Below the pieces are notes generated by a model. That model was not told where the DNA came from. It saw only the letters and a list, made by a program, of their open reading frames with translations, and ran no database searches. From Candidatus Omnitrophota bacterium (GTDB lineage Bacteria; Omnitrophota; Gorgyraeia; Zapsychrales; Zapsychraceae): 64,000 nucleotides of DNA. This document shows, in pieces, positions 20,182-30,260 of the stretch; position 1 is the first letter of the stretch; each line of letters opens with the position of its first letter. The DNA lies in contig JADFXT010000003.1 in the NCBI GenBank assembly GCA_015233405.1, positions 118,591 through 182,590 on the forward strand, in the 5' to 3' direction. The translations under genes and the position numbers were made by a program.

Positions 20182-20377
20182 ATTTTCACTCTTTTATCAC
20201 CCTGAAATCATCTCGTTTTCAGGATTCCTCGCCGGATCAAGGAAACCTAAATGGAGCCCCACGGTTTAGCCCGTGGGACCCATCTTCTTGCCCATTGGGG
20301 CGACATCCTGAACCAAGACCGTTCATCCACGGACTGAAGTCCATGGTTTTCTGGTTCATGGATAAAATGCCGGCGCG

Positions 20378-21028
20378 TCATTTTCGCTTAAAAGCCTTGA
20401 CCGTTGTATATCGCATCGATGCGCAGAGATGGACTTTTTTTCTTTTTCCCGGTAAAATCACCGTTTGCACTGCTTCCAATAAATCTTTCACGACAAAATC
20501 CGGTTCGACAACCCATGCGCGCTTATGACGACCATCTTCGCGTCCTGAAAGAGAGAAAATGGTCGAGCATCCTGCGGCAAAACCAGCGACGATATCGCCT
20601 TCCGTATCGCCGACAAAATAGGTATTCTTAGCATAACGGATTGTTTTCCCCAACATCGCCAGCGCTTCGCGCACAGAGCCGGTTTCCGGCTTACGGCAAT
20701 TGCATCCTTGGTCTGAACGGTGAGTGCAATAGAATGTCCGTCGGATACGCCCGCCATTGGCTTCGATTTCCCTGATCATATTCCGATGAATATGGTCGAG
20801 CTTTTGCTGGGAATAAATCCCTTTCCCGACGCCAGCTTGGTTCGAAACAATAAAAATTTCGTAGCCCTGCTCAGTTAAGATCCGTAACGCCTCTAAAACA
20901 CCCGGGATAAAATGGAAATCCTTCACCGTGGTGACATATTTTCCATTGCCCGGGAATTCGTTAATAAGCCCGTCTCTGTCTAAAAAAACAGCCTTGATCA
21001 CTGACCCTTTTCCTTTTTCATCTGCCAA
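20378..21028 (-). CDS. gmhB: D-glycero-D-manno-heptose 1,7-bisphosphate phosphatase (HAD-IIIA)
   Basis: FLDRDGLIN, VSNQAGVGKG, the Zn-site C-x-H...C-N-C-RKP, and GDTEGD. Collinear with E. coli GmhB. Confidence 0.85.
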   Translation of the reverse strand: MADEKGKGSVIKAVFLDRDGLINEFPGNGKYVTTVKDFHFIPGVLEALRILTEQGYEIFIVSNQAGVGKGIYSQQKLDHIHRNMIREIEANGGRIRRTFYCTHRSDQGCNCRKPETGSVREALAMLGKTIRYAKNTYFVGDTEGDIVAGFAAGCSTIFSLSGREDGRHKRAWVVEPDFVVKDLLEAVQTVILPGKRKKVHLCASMRYTTVKAFKRK

Positions 21029-21834
21029 TATTTGGCATAGCTCATGATTTGGTAAAGAGAGGCAAAAAAAGCAACCATAAAGCCAATGAATCCGTCTTTA
21101 TATCCTTTCTTACCAAAATATATTCTTGGGAACCTGTCTAGCGTCCGCCAGACCACTTTGCCCAACCCTATCCGACGATTAGTGTTAATCCATTTCCGGG
21201 CCTCGAGCGTCGTCTGACGATTCAAACTCGCCAGAAAATGTTCAAAATCCGGATAGCCTTTATGCACGATATCTTTGGTTAAGTGCCCTTCCACTCCGGT
21301 CAAAAAAGCGCGCGGATGGACTTCGACTTCCTCATATTTAAAACGGCTTTTCATGAACATGCGCAATTTGCTCGCCGGATACCATCCGGAATGCTTGACC
21401 CAATAGCTGCCGATATATGTCTTGATCGGCATGGAAAACGCATGATATTGTCCGTTATTATTTAAAAGAGCGCTGGTGATTTCTTCGCGCAATTCCGGCG
21501 AGACGCTTTCATCCGCATCTAAACTTAATACCCACTCATTTCTCGCCTGCGCATAACCCCAATTACGATGAATGCCTTCGATATCCATTTTACGCTTAAG
21601 GACCTTGGCGCCGCAGGCTAAAGAGATCTCTGCCGTCTTGTCCGTACTCTCGTCGTCAACAACGATCATTTCATCCGCCCAGCCCGACACGCTTTGAAGG
21701 CAGGCAGCGATATTCGCTTCTTCATTTTTGGCAGACACAACAACTGTTAAAGGAACTTTTTCCACTGAATATAACCCTCTTTTTCTACGCACGACCAATT
21801 CTTTTAAGATTGCTTCTTTTGGGTCATCTCCCAA
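20998..21834 (-). CDS. Glycosyltransferase family 2 (WaaE/KdtX-like), tandem paralog 1
   Basis: VVVSAKNEE...VVDDESTDKT, LDADE, and C-terminal KKGYKDGFIGFMVAFF...YAKYW. Confidence 0.8.
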   Translation of the reverse strand: MGDDPKEAILKELVVRRKRGLYSVEKVPLTVVVSAKNEEANIAACLQSVSGWADEMIVVDDESTDKTAEISLACGAKVLKRKMDIEGIHRNWGYAQARNEWVLSLDADESVSPELREEITSALLNNNGQYHAFSMPIKTYIGSYWVKHSGWYPASKLRMFMKSRFKYEEVEVHPRAFLTGVEGHLTKDIVHKGYPDFEHFLASLNRQTTLEARKWINTNRRIGLGKVVWRTLDRFPRIYFGKKGYKDGFIGFMVAFFASLYQIMSYAKYWQMKKEKGQ

Positions 21835-22565
21835 TATTTTGCATAACTGATAATCTGATAAGCAGAATTAAAGAATGCGACCATAAAACCTATCAATCCA
21901 TCTTTATATCCTTTTTTGGCGACATAAGTCCGGAAAAACCGATCGACCGCGCGCCAAAAATATTTCCCGAACGTGAATTTCTTATTCGATTTAAACATCT
22001 TGGTCGCTTCGGCGGTCGTCTGATTATTGAGCTTCGTAAGATAATGCGTAAAATCCCTGTAACTTTTATGAATCGTATCTTTTGTCAGAAACTTGACCTT
22101 TCCCGTCGCACGGACAATCGGATGAACCTCAACCTCTTCAGATTTAAGATGCCCTTTACGAAAAAGCCTCAGTTGAGGCGCCGGATATTGTCCTCCGTAC
22201 TGAAGCCAATAATCACCAATATAATTACGGTGGGGAATTCCATAAACATCCGCTTGAGGATTGGCTAACTCGTCTTCAATTTCTTTTTTTAATTCTTCCG
22301 TCAGGATTTCATCCGCATCGAGGACTAAAGCCCACTCACATGTCCCTTGGTCATTTGCCCAATTTCTGTGGACGCCTTCGATGTCCATTTTCCTAAAGAG
22401 GATTCGGTCTGTGTACTGTTTAGCGATCTCAACCGTCTTATCCGTACTCTCGTCGTCAATAATGACAATTTCTTTCGCCCAACCATAAACACTTTTTAAG
22501 CAGTCATGCAGGCGCTTTTCTTCATTCTTGACACAAACAATAATGGACAAAGGCACAGGGATCAT
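21804..22565 (-). CDS. Glycosyltransferase family 2 (WaaE/KdtX-like), tandem paralog 2
   Basis: Same motif set as the neighbour (IIDDESTDKT, LDADE, KKGYKDGLIGFMVAFF...YAKYW). Confidence 0.8.
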   Translation of the reverse strand: MIPVPLSIIVCVKNEEKRLHDCLKSVYGWAKEIVIIDDESTDKTVEIAKQYTDRILFRKMDIEGVHRNWANDQGTCEWALVLDADEILTEELKKEIEDELANPQADVYGIPHRNYIGDYWLQYGGQYPAPQLRLFRKGHLKSEEVEVHPIVRATGKVKFLTKDTIHKSYRDFTHYLTKLNNQTTAEATKMFKSNKKFTFGKYFWRAVDRFFRTYVAKKGYKDGLIGFMVAFFNSAYQIISYAKYWEMTQKKQS

Positions 22566-23677
22566 ATTTTCTTGACCACCTCTTTAAGGCTTTCACAAAC
22601 GTATTCGACCTGCTCCTTGGTGATATGAGGGAACATCGGAAGAGACAATATCTCGTCGGAAATCCGTTCAGACACCGGAAGGTCGCCTCTCTTATAGCCT
22701 GCATCTTTATAAGCTTCCTGAAGATGAATAGGAATCGGATAATGGATCAAGGCACTGACGCCTTTTTCTTTAAGCTTATCAACGACCTGGTCACGATTCT
22801 TAAGGATCCTGACCGCGAAGGTTTGAAACGTGTGTGTGCGGCCTTCTTTCATTTTAGGCGCAATCACGCCATCGACATTCTTAAGAAGCTCGCAATAATA
22901 CACGCCCATTTTGTTACGCATGGCATTCCATTCATCCAAATATTTGAGTTTAGCGTCGAGAACAACCGCCTGGACCGTATCCAACCGTGAATTAAACCCC
23001 TTGATTTTATGATCATAACGCCCGGTGCGTCCATAATCCCGAAGCATCCGTGCCAAAGTATTGACATCATCGTCGCTGGTAACAATCATCCCGCCGTCGC
23101 CAAAACCGCCGAGGCCTTTTGTCGGATAAAAACTAAAACAGCTGACTTTGCCCAAAGACCCGATCCTTTTACCCTGATATCTCGCCCCGTGTGCCTGGGC
23201 CGCGTCTTCAACAACCGTGATCCCATGCTTTTTGGCGATCGCACAAATTTCCTCTATATTCCCGGCCTGGCCGTAGAGATGGACCGGCATGATCACCTTA
23301 GTTTTCTTGGTAATGGCCGCTTCCAACTTCTTGGAATCCATATTGTAGGTTTCATCTTCCACATCCACAAAAACCGGTTTAGCGCCGGTGTAGGAAACGC
23401 AAAGGGCGGTCGCGATAAACGTAAACGATGGTAAAATGACTTCATCTCCAGGCCCGACGTGAAGCGCGCCTAATGCCAGATAAAGGGCGTCCGTCCCAGA
23501 GTTAACGCCGATCCCATATTTTGATTCGCAATATTTCGCAAAATTTTCTTCAAAGGATTTGACCTGCGGGCCTAAAATGAAACTCCCTTTTTCAAAAACC
23601 TCTTTTAATCCGCGGTCGACTTCCTCTTTAACAATTTTATGTTGCTGGCTAAAATCTACAAATGGCACATTCATCAT
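22562..23677 (-). CDS. DegT/DnrJ/EryC1/StrS-family PLP sugar aminotransferase
   Basis: Family-typical N-terminus, and FSFYPTKGLGGFGDGG with the Schiff-base Lys at aa 187. Confidence 0.85.
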   Translation of the reverse strand: MMNVPFVDFSQQHKIVKEEVDRGLKEVFEKGSFILGPQVKSFEENFAKYCESKYGIGVNSGTDALYLALGALHVGPGDEVILPSFTFIATALCVSYTGAKPVFVDVEDETYNMDSKKLEAAITKKTKVIMPVHLYGQAGNIEEICAIAKKHGITVVEDAAQAHGARYQGKRIGSLGKVSCFSFYPTKGLGGFGDGGMIVTSDDDVNTLARMLRDYGRTGRYDHKIKGFNSRLDTVQAVVLDAKLKYLDEWNAMRNKMGVYYCELLKNVDGVIAPKMKEGRTHTFQTFAVRILKNRDQVVDKLKEKGVSALIHYPIPIHLQEAYKDAGYKRGDLPVSERISDEILSLPMFPHITKEQVEYVCESLKEVVKKI

Positions 23678-23689
23678 GGAACTTTCACC

Positions 23690-24784
23690 TTATCCTTTCT
23701 CAAAAAGGGTGGACAATATGTCTTCCACATTTTTTAAAACATTTTCTATCGTAATGTCGTTTAAACAACTCACATGGCTACAAGAAGCCCGTCGGAACTT
23801 TCGATAACAAGGCCTGCATAACGTCGCGGCAGTCACAACAGCATGTCCCTTTTGGGGATATGGCCCGTAAACATTCTCATTGACCGGTCCAAAAATGGAG
23901 ACCGTTTTGGCACCCGAGGCGACGGCAATATGCAGCGGACCTCCGTCGTTGACAATAACCAATGAACACTTTTTGGCTAATGCCCCGAACTGTGAAAGCG
24001 TGGTTCTGCCGACGGCCAAAACCGGGCGTTTATGCATCAAATGAGCGATTCTTAAACACAAATCATGCTCAAAAGCATCACCCATCAGTATAATGGCCGC
24101 GGAATGTTTTTCAATCATTTTATCCGCTATTTTCGCCCATTTCTCCGCGGGCCAGCGTTTAAAACTAGCATCTTTGCCCCAACTCGCCCCGCCGCCAGGG
24201 ACCAGACCGATTAAGACCGGCTGAGATGTCAACCCATGGTCTTTCATAAAGGAATCCGCCCAAGCCTCATCTTCATTTGTGATGGTCAATTCCAGCCTTC
24301 TATCTTCAACCGGGATCCCGATCTCATTTAAGAGGTCCAAATAATATTCGACGACATGCTGACGGTCGTAGCCTGTTAATTTAATTCTTTTATTAAGAAG
24401 TATACTTCTATTTTTATAATTAAATCCTATGCGCACTTTGATACCGGCCAGCCAGCCGATAAAAGCGGTAAAAGAACTCAATGAAACATCAATGACGATG
24501 TCGTAATGTTCTTTTCTAATATCATTGACCAATTCAAAAAACTTTCTTAAGAATAAAATTTTCGATTCTTTGGAGATCTGGACGAACTCATCTCGTTCAT
24601 AGACAAAAACCTTGTCGATCTTGGGGTTGCTCTTTACGACATCTTCCGCCCGGCGGTTACACAAATAGCCGATCGAAGAATCTTTAAAATGACTTTTAAT
24701 ATTGTGAATGATCGGCGTCGTAAAAAGGACGTCGCCTATCCCAAAAATATTAATAATGAGAACTTTTTTAGACATACGGTTCAA
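23690..24784 (-). CDS. Glycosyltransferase family 9 (LPS heptosyltransferase-like)
   Basis: VLIINIFGIGDVLFTTP N-terminus and NDGGPLHIA motif, 364 aa. Confidence 0.8.
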   Translation of the reverse strand: MNRMSKKVLIINIFGIGDVLFTTPIIHNIKSHFKDSSIGYLCNRRAEDVVKSNPKIDKVFVYERDEFVQISKESKILFLRKFFELVNDIRKEHYDIVIDVSLSSFTAFIGWLAGIKVRIGFNYKNRSILLNKRIKLTGYDRQHVVEYYLDLLNEIGIPVEDRRLELTITNEDEAWADSFMKDHGLTSQPVLIGLVPGGGASWGKDASFKRWPAEKWAKIADKMIEKHSAAIILMGDAFEHDLCLRIAHLMHKRPVLAVGRTTLSQFGALAKKCSLVIVNDGGPLHIAVASGAKTVSIFGPVNENVYGPYPQKGHAVVTAATLCRPCYRKFRRASCSHVSCLNDITIENVLKNVEDILSTLFEKG

Positions 24785-25826
24785 ACGCTTTCTGTTTTGA
24801 AAGATGAGCGACCAACTGTTTAACGTTTTGGGATTGCTCCTTCGGGCAAATCAAAAGCGCGTCATGCGTGTCGATGACGATAAGATCTTTAAGCCCGACG
24901 GCAGAAACGACTTTTCTCTCCCCAGAAATAAATGTATTATGGCAATCCAGGAAAACGCCCTTGGCCTTAAAGACATTACCATCCTTATCTTTTGGCAGAA
25001 TATCCATTAATGATTCCCAACTTCCGACATCCGACCAGCCAATATTCTCCGCCGGAATGATAACGACATTGTCTGCCTTTTCCAAAATACCGTAATCAAT
25101 GGAGATGGACGGTAATTTTTCCCAATCATCTTCAACATTTTTGATTCGCGGCAAATATTTCTTAAAAGCCGCCAAAATCGCCTCTGCCTTAAAAATAAAT
25201 ATCCCCGCGTTCCAATAATAATTCCCGTCTTGGACATATTGCTTTGCTTTGGCCGCATCAGGCTTTTCAATAAACCGTTCAACCCTCCTGGCTCCTTTGC
25301 CCTTTCCTCTGGCGCCTTTAATATAGCCATAGCCTGTCTCCGGTCTCGTCGGAATAATGCCTAATGTCACCAGATAACCCAAAGCCGCCTGACTTGCGGC
25401 CGCATCCAAAACTTTTAAGAATTCCTTGGGTTGAGCAATAAAATGGTCCGACGGAAGAACGACGATCACCGCGTCAGGATCTCTGTTCAGGATCAAAGAG
25501 GCCGCCCAGTAAATTGCCGGAGCAGTATTCTTCGACGACGGCTCAAGCAATACATTTTGTTTTAGGATCTTAAACGCTTCGGATTGGCGGAAAATCTCCG
25601 CCTTATATATTTTATTCGTGACGACAAAAATATGATCGCCGGAAATCCGGGATTGAACGCGCTTGAGGGTTTGTTGATATAAAGATTCCGGCCCAAGGAT
25701 ATTTAAGAATTGTTTAGGCTTATGCTTCCGGCTTTGGGGCCAAAACCGCGTGCCTGTGCCGCCGGCGAGAATAATGGCAAACAAATGTTTCTTCATGTCC
25801 GATGTTTCCGATGATTTCTTTTTCAT
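24768..25826 (-). CDS. Mannose-1-phosphate guanylyltransferase-like nucleotidyltransferase (no PMI/cupin domain)
   Basis: IILAGGTGTRFWPQSR motif. I prefer the start at ATG 25826, which forms an ATGA overlap with the upstream GT9 stop. The ORF-track N-terminal 49 aa is out-of-frame overlap with that GT9. Confidence 0.8.
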   Translation of the reverse strand: MKKKSSETSDMKKHLFAIILAGGTGTRFWPQSRKHKPKQFLNILGPESLYQQTLKRVQSRISGDHIFVVTNKIYKAEIFRQSEAFKILKQNVLLEPSSKNTAPAIYWAASLILNRDPDAVIVVLPSDHFIAQPKEFLKVLDAAASQAALGYLVTLGIIPTRPETGYGYIKGARGKGKGARRVERFIEKPDAAKAKQYVQDGNYYWNAGIFIFKAEAILAAFKKYLPRIKNVEDDWEKLPSISIDYGILEKADNVVIIPAENIGWSDVGSWESLMDILPKDKDGNVFKAKGVFLDCHNTFISGERKVVSAVGLKDLIVIDTHDALLICPKEQSQNVKQLVAHLSKQKAFEPYV

Positions 25827-26875
25827 AAGCTTCCTCTCTGAACCAAAATATCTTTCAATTGTCCTCGAACTTGTTCTACCGTTATAGATGCCATGCAGGC
25901 CGGGATTTTCCCGTCGAGACAATTCTTTTTCTCTTCGAAGCGGTATGCGGCAGAATAATTGCACGGGCCACAAACAAAATCATTACGGATAAAACGATGA
26001 ATCCCCGGCCCAAGTCCTCCGGTATGATGCGGATTCGACGGGCCAAATAATCCTAGCACAGGAATGTTAAGCGCCCTGGCGATATGAAGTATCCCCGTAT
26101 CCGAGCATAAGACCACCGTCGCACGCTTTATAAACAAAGCCAAATCTTCAAAGCTTCTGTCCACAACCAAATGAACATGTTTTCTTTCCTCTAAAGAACA
26201 ATGCTTAACAATTTCTTCTAACAACTTTTGGTCATTCTTTTGCCCCGTCAGAACAATATCCAATTTTTCTTCTCTTAAAAACCGAATGGTTTGTGCTATG
26301 GACTCTGCCCTCCAACCTCGATAGGGCAAATTCTGCGTGACTCCAGGATGGATAAGCGCATACCGGCCCGGCATCGTTGAAAGCTTACACTCGTCGGAAT
26401 TCGGCAAAACAAAATCCATCAACAAATCTTCGCCTGTTAAGGAAATCTGATAATAATCCCTGACCAGATGTAAATTATTTTCAATCACATGCTTGTCATG
26501 AGAAAACTTGTTGTGAAAATTGAGTCCCTGTTCCCCTTCGCCGGAAAACCCGATGCGAATGCATTGTTTTCCCGTCGAGTGAAAAGCAAATTCCTTATAT
26601 TGCGGGTGTTCTTCTAGAATAAAACACGCATCGTATTTACGCCGCAATAAACACCCGATCAGAAAGTTCCGTCTTAACGCCCCTAAGAAATTTTTGCACT
26701 TACGGTAAACAAAAATACGTCGGACATATGAATTATTCTTAACTGCACAATGCGCTTGCGGAGAGGTGACAAAATCAATGGCACTGTCGGGAAACGTCTT
26801 TCTTAACGCCCGCACCACAGGAGTCGCCATAAAAACGTCGCCGATATTACCAACCCGAATCACCAAAAAATTCAT
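25823..26875 (-). CDS. Glycosyltransferase family 9 (LPS heptosyltransferase-like)
   Basis: IRVGNIGDVFMATP N-terminus and SDTGILHIARA motif, 350 aa. Confidence 0.8.
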   Translation of the reverse strand: MNFLVIRVGNIGDVFMATPVVRALRKTFPDSAIDFVTSPQAHCAVKNNSYVRRIFVYRKCKNFLGALRRNFLIGCLLRRKYDACFILEEHPQYKEFAFHSTGKQCIRIGFSGEGEQGLNFHNKFSHDKHVIENNLHLVRDYYQISLTGEDLLMDFVLPNSDECKLSTMPGRYALIHPGVTQNLPYRGWRAESIAQTIRFLREEKLDIVLTGQKNDQKLLEEIVKHCSLEERKHVHLVVDRSFEDLALFIKRATVVLCSDTGILHIARALNIPVLGLFGPSNPHHTGGLGPGIHRFIRNDFVCGPCNYSAAYRFEEKKNCLDGKIPACMASITVEQVRGQLKDILVQRGSL

Positions 26876-26890
26876 ACGATAACCCTTTTA

Positions 26891-28543
26891 TTATAATTTC
26901 CGTTGCCAGATATTTAGAGACGGCGTGCTGTCGATGATCTGATAATTCTCGTGCACGTAGTTCATCACGCCCGTATATTTCTCTTGGTTCGCAGGGACAA
27001 CAAGTTGCGTCGTCGGTAAATAGTCCGGTAGTTGTTTATACATCACAACATACTTGGGTGTTTGGGCTTCAAGCGCTGTCATAAACTCCCGGTGCCATTG
27101 AGGGCTTATCCACGAAAGAGATACAATTGGAAAACGACCGACAAAAGGACGGTTCACGATAAAATGATACACACCTAAATCAGGGAAAAAAACAATTCTG
27201 TCTTGAGGCTGCGTATGGCTGTTGATGAAATAAGATACTTCCTGGAAATCACGGGCCTGCTGTTCCGGCACGACCATTCCCTGCATACCGGGTAACGACA
27301 GCGAGACCAAATCCTGGTCGGAAAACGGGAATAATTTCGACAAGCGTTTCATCTTTCCCATCAGGCAAGACGTCATTTGAGCCGCATAAAAACGTTTTTG
27401 GTAGCGTGGTAGTGCATAGACCACGGTAGATAAAAAAATGCTCACTAATAAAATTCCCGCCATCACTTGTCGACGGCGCTGGTGGCTGTCTTTCATCCAA
27501 GTCCATAATCGCTCCAATAAGAAAAAGAACAAAAGCTTTTCCGGCTGAAGCGCCGATTCAAATGCCGGACCCCACAAACTGCGCATCGAACCTATGAATA
27601 AAAATAGTCCATATAAAGCTAAACATAAGATGTCCAGACGAACGGCTTTGCGGCGATAAAGATAAATCCCATAGACGAGAACGCCAACGTAGCAAAACAA
27701 AGGCGTCATTTGTTTAAAATTCACATCTTTTGGATTTACCATGGCCGCCAGAACTCCGCCTAACCCTTGCGGGACAGGATCGACCTGCGGAAAAGTTTTG
27801 ATCATATTGGCGCTGATTTGATAATAACTATCTAACATCGGGATAAAAGCTCCCTTGAGCTGTAAAAATAAACACATCGGGAAAAGAATGATAGCTGCTC
27901 CGATGCTGTAAAACAAAATTGAAGACTTAAATAATTTTTCCCGGATTAAAAAACAAAGCGTCAAAAAAATACTGCCAAACGCATAAACGCCGATTTCGAT
28001 GCTGGTCATCAATCCTATGGCGGAAAAAATGCCAGCCATGACCATCCAAAGACCTTTCTTGTTTTTCAGATATTGAAGGACGCAATAGACCGCGGCCAAA
28101 CCCCAGGCGAAACGGAATCCTCCTCCTATGGTAAACGAAACCCGGGGAAAAGTTCGGGCGACAAAGGCGAGCGTCATAGAATATAAAAAAATCCGCGAGC
28201 TGAAAATTTCTTTGGCGATCAAAATACAGACGATCAGCGTGACTAAAGTCCCGAGATAAAAATACGTCGGTATGACCAAAAAATTCCTGCCAACAATATG
28301 CATGGCCCACGCCGGGATATAAAGTTCAAACGGCCCTCTTAAATGCAAAAAATCCCGATAAGGGATTTGCCCGTGGAGAATCGCGTCCACCCCAGGAAGA
28401 TAAAGCCCCATTTCAAAAAGGTTGATTCTCCCCCACAGATAAAACGGATGCCAGGTAATCAAAAGAATAAATACGGACAAAATTCCCGCATCCCATTTGC
28501 CCGGCGCTGAGAGCGCCCATTTTTTTAAATTTTCTATAAACAA
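26891..28543 (-). CDS. Large polytopic membrane protein, paralog A (GT-C/ArnT-like candidate)
   Basis: About 11 TM helices plus a ~190-aa C-terminal soluble domain. Collinear similarity to the ORF at 33308-35197 (LPGVDAILHGQIPYRDF vs LPGVDAVLKGLVPYRDF; ...GRFPIVSLSW vs GRFPMATLSW). Confidence 0.6.
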   Translation of the reverse strand: MFIENLKKWALSAPGKWDAGILSVFILLITWHPFYLWGRINLFEMGLYLPGVDAILHGQIPYRDFLHLRGPFELYIPAWAMHIVGRNFLVIPTYFYLGTLVTLIVCILIAKEIFSSRIFLYSMTLAFVARTFPRVSFTIGGGFRFAWGLAAVYCVLQYLKNKKGLWMVMAGIFSAIGLMTSIEIGVYAFGSIFLTLCFLIREKLFKSSILFYSIGAAIILFPMCLFLQLKGAFIPMLDSYYQISANMIKTFPQVDPVPQGLGGVLAAMVNPKDVNFKQMTPLFCYVGVLVYGIYLYRRKAVRLDILCLALYGLFLFIGSMRSLWGPAFESALQPEKLLFFFLLERLWTWMKDSHQRRRQVMAGILLVSIFLSTVVYALPRYQKRFYAAQMTSCLMGKMKRLSKLFPFSDQDLVSLSLPGMQGMVVPEQQARDFQEVSYFINSHTQPQDRIVFFPDLGVYHFIVNRPFVGRFPIVSLSWISPQWHREFMTALEAQTPKYVVMYKQLPDYLPTTQLVVPANQEKYTGVMNYVHENYQIIDSTPSLNIWQRKL

Positions 28544-28553
28544 TTTAGCCCTC

Positions 28554-29399
28554 TTACCGCTCTAATCGTTCTTTGACCCGCCCGAATGTTTTATACCTTA
28601 GCCTAAAAATCCTCGCCGGATGATACCAGTATTGCCGGCAAATGTTGTCCCAATCCTGCATACTAAAACGATGCTGCGCAATAATGGATTTCATGACCGA
28701 CGGATGCGTGCCGAAATAGACCGGGAACTGGTTCACATCTCCATAACGATATTGTTCTTGTCCCGAAAGGGCTTCTTTTTTGGCAAAACCAATCTGAATG
28801 GCATTTAATCGACGCTGCGCCATGATCTCCTCGGAATTCACCCAGCCATAATGATAAAGTAAACAAAGGCTATTTTTACGTCGTAACGGTTGGCCGTCCT
28901 TGCGGCGAAATCCGCCGGCATCTCCGTAAGATTCCACTTGTCCGTTATTACGGATCATCCGGTCATTTTTTTGATACCATCCGGCGTCCACCCGATAACG
29001 GAAATAACTGCCGTAAAAATGCAGCCATCTTAATCGAATAACATCGACGCTGTCCTGGGCCATACATCGCGCCATCGTTCCTTTTAAAATAGCCAGATCA
29101 TCTTCGTGTATGACTTCATCGGCCTGGAGATAAAATAGCCAATCTCCCTTGCACTCGTTCATAGCTAAATTGGTCTGTCGGGATAATACTTCATACCCCG
29201 TCGACATGTCCCAGGCATTTTGAATGATCCTGATCTTGGGGCTCGAAATTGATTGGACAATCTTTAACGTGTCATCCTCGCTGTCGCCGACATTGACGAT
29301 AAACTCGTCGCAGATCGGCAAAATGGATTGAATGGATTCCACCAAAGGATAATGATATTTCCTGATATTCCGGACAATAGTAAAACCGCTGATTTTCAT
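28554..29399 (-). CDS. Putative glycosyltransferase (GT2-like)
   Basis: FTIVRNIRKYHYPLVESIQSILPICDEFIVNVGDSEDDT and LQADEVIHEDD resemble a GT2-related family. Confidence 0.55.
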   Translation of the reverse strand: MKISGFTIVRNIRKYHYPLVESIQSILPICDEFIVNVGDSEDDTLKIVQSISSPKIRIIQNAWDMSTGYEVLSRQTNLAMNECKGDWLFYLQADEVIHEDDLAILKGTMARCMAQDSVDVIRLRWLHFYGSYFRYRVDAGWYQKNDRMIRNNGQVESYGDAGGFRRKDGQPLRRKNSLCLLYHYGWVNSEEIMAQRRLNAIQIGFAKKEALSGQEQYRYGDVNQFPVYFGTHPSVMKSIIAQHRFSMQDWDNICRQYWYHPARIFRLRYKTFGRVKERLER

Positions 29400-29411
29400 A
29401 AACTTTACACC

Positions 29412-30248
29412 TTAGAATTTTTTTAAACTGCTCAAAAAAAACTTTATGAAATATCCAAGATTAACGGGATATGCAAAAAATGCTTTAAGATAGCATTGTC
29501 GAGCCTCATCTTTTCGGCCAGCCCCCCACAAATCTTTTCCCAGCAGAAGCAATTGACGCGCATAAAGACGCCGGTCCTGACGGACATTAAACACCGTTTC
29601 CCGTCTTAATTGAATGATCTTTTCTTTATCGACAAAGAAATTATCGGGCGTCACATACTTAATCACCAAGGGCTCCTTGATAAAATGAAAAGAATATTTC
29701 TCGCGCACCCGGGCGAAGAAATCCGTGTCCTCAGAAGCACGGATCCGTAAATCAAAAAGACCGATCTTTTTAAAAACATCCCTGCGAAGGACCCAGGTCG
29801 ACGGCATCGGCCAGACCCGCTTTAATTTTTTTTCATTGATAGCCACAACCGACCGGCCATCTGCGGATTGCAAATAATGATTGGAAGACACTAATCCGAC
29901 GCGTCGAGAAGCCCTGTCAAATATCTTCAAGCTTTTTTCGATCTTGTCAGACAAAAATTCATCATCCGAATCCAACAAGGCCACAAAATTCCCCCGAGCC
30001 ACCTCAATGCCGGTATTACGGGCAGCAGAAATTCCTAAATTCTGAGGATGACGGATATAACGAACCCGAGGATCTAAAAAATTTCTGACAATCTCTTGGG
30101 TATTATCCGTCGAGCCATCATCAACAACAAAGATTTCCACATTCTGATGAGTCTGATTCAGAACGGAATTGATCGCGCGCCGTAAGGTATACGCACGATT
30201 ATAGGCAGGAATGACCACCGAAACCAGATTTTGCTTGTCCAGGAACAT
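29412..30248 (-). CDS. Glycosyltransferase family 2
   Basis: VSVVIPAYNRAYTLRRAINSVLNQT, VVDDGSTDNT, LDSDDEF. Confidence 0.85.
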   Translation of the reverse strand: MFLDKQNLVSVVIPAYNRAYTLRRAINSVLNQTHQNVEIFVVDDGSTDNTQEIVRNFLDPRVRYIRHPQNLGISAARNTGIEVARGNFVALLDSDDEFLSDKIEKSLKIFDRASRRVGLVSSNHYLQSADGRSVVAINEKKLKRVWPMPSTWVLRRDVFKKIGLFDLRIRASEDTDFFARVREKYSFHFIKEPLVIKYVTPDNFFVDKEKIIQLRRETVFNVRQDRRLYARQLLLLGKDLWGAGRKDEARQCYLKAFFAYPVNLGYFIKFFLSSLKKF

Positions 30249-30260
30249 AGATTTAAGAAA

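Noticed and set aside
20295-20528. 77-aa plus-strand ORF (…FIHGLKSMVF…)
   Set aside because: It reads through the hairpins of the structured spacer and then runs antisense into gmhB.
24768-25973. ORF-track N-terminal extensions (ManC-like +49 aa; similarly Wzc +11 aa, DUF1015 +23 aa, dnaJ +6 aa, cupin +13 aa)
   Set aside because: The extensions overlap upstream genes, start at GTG or TTG, or lack an SD. Internal ATGs with SD motifs or ATGA coupling match the family N-termini.
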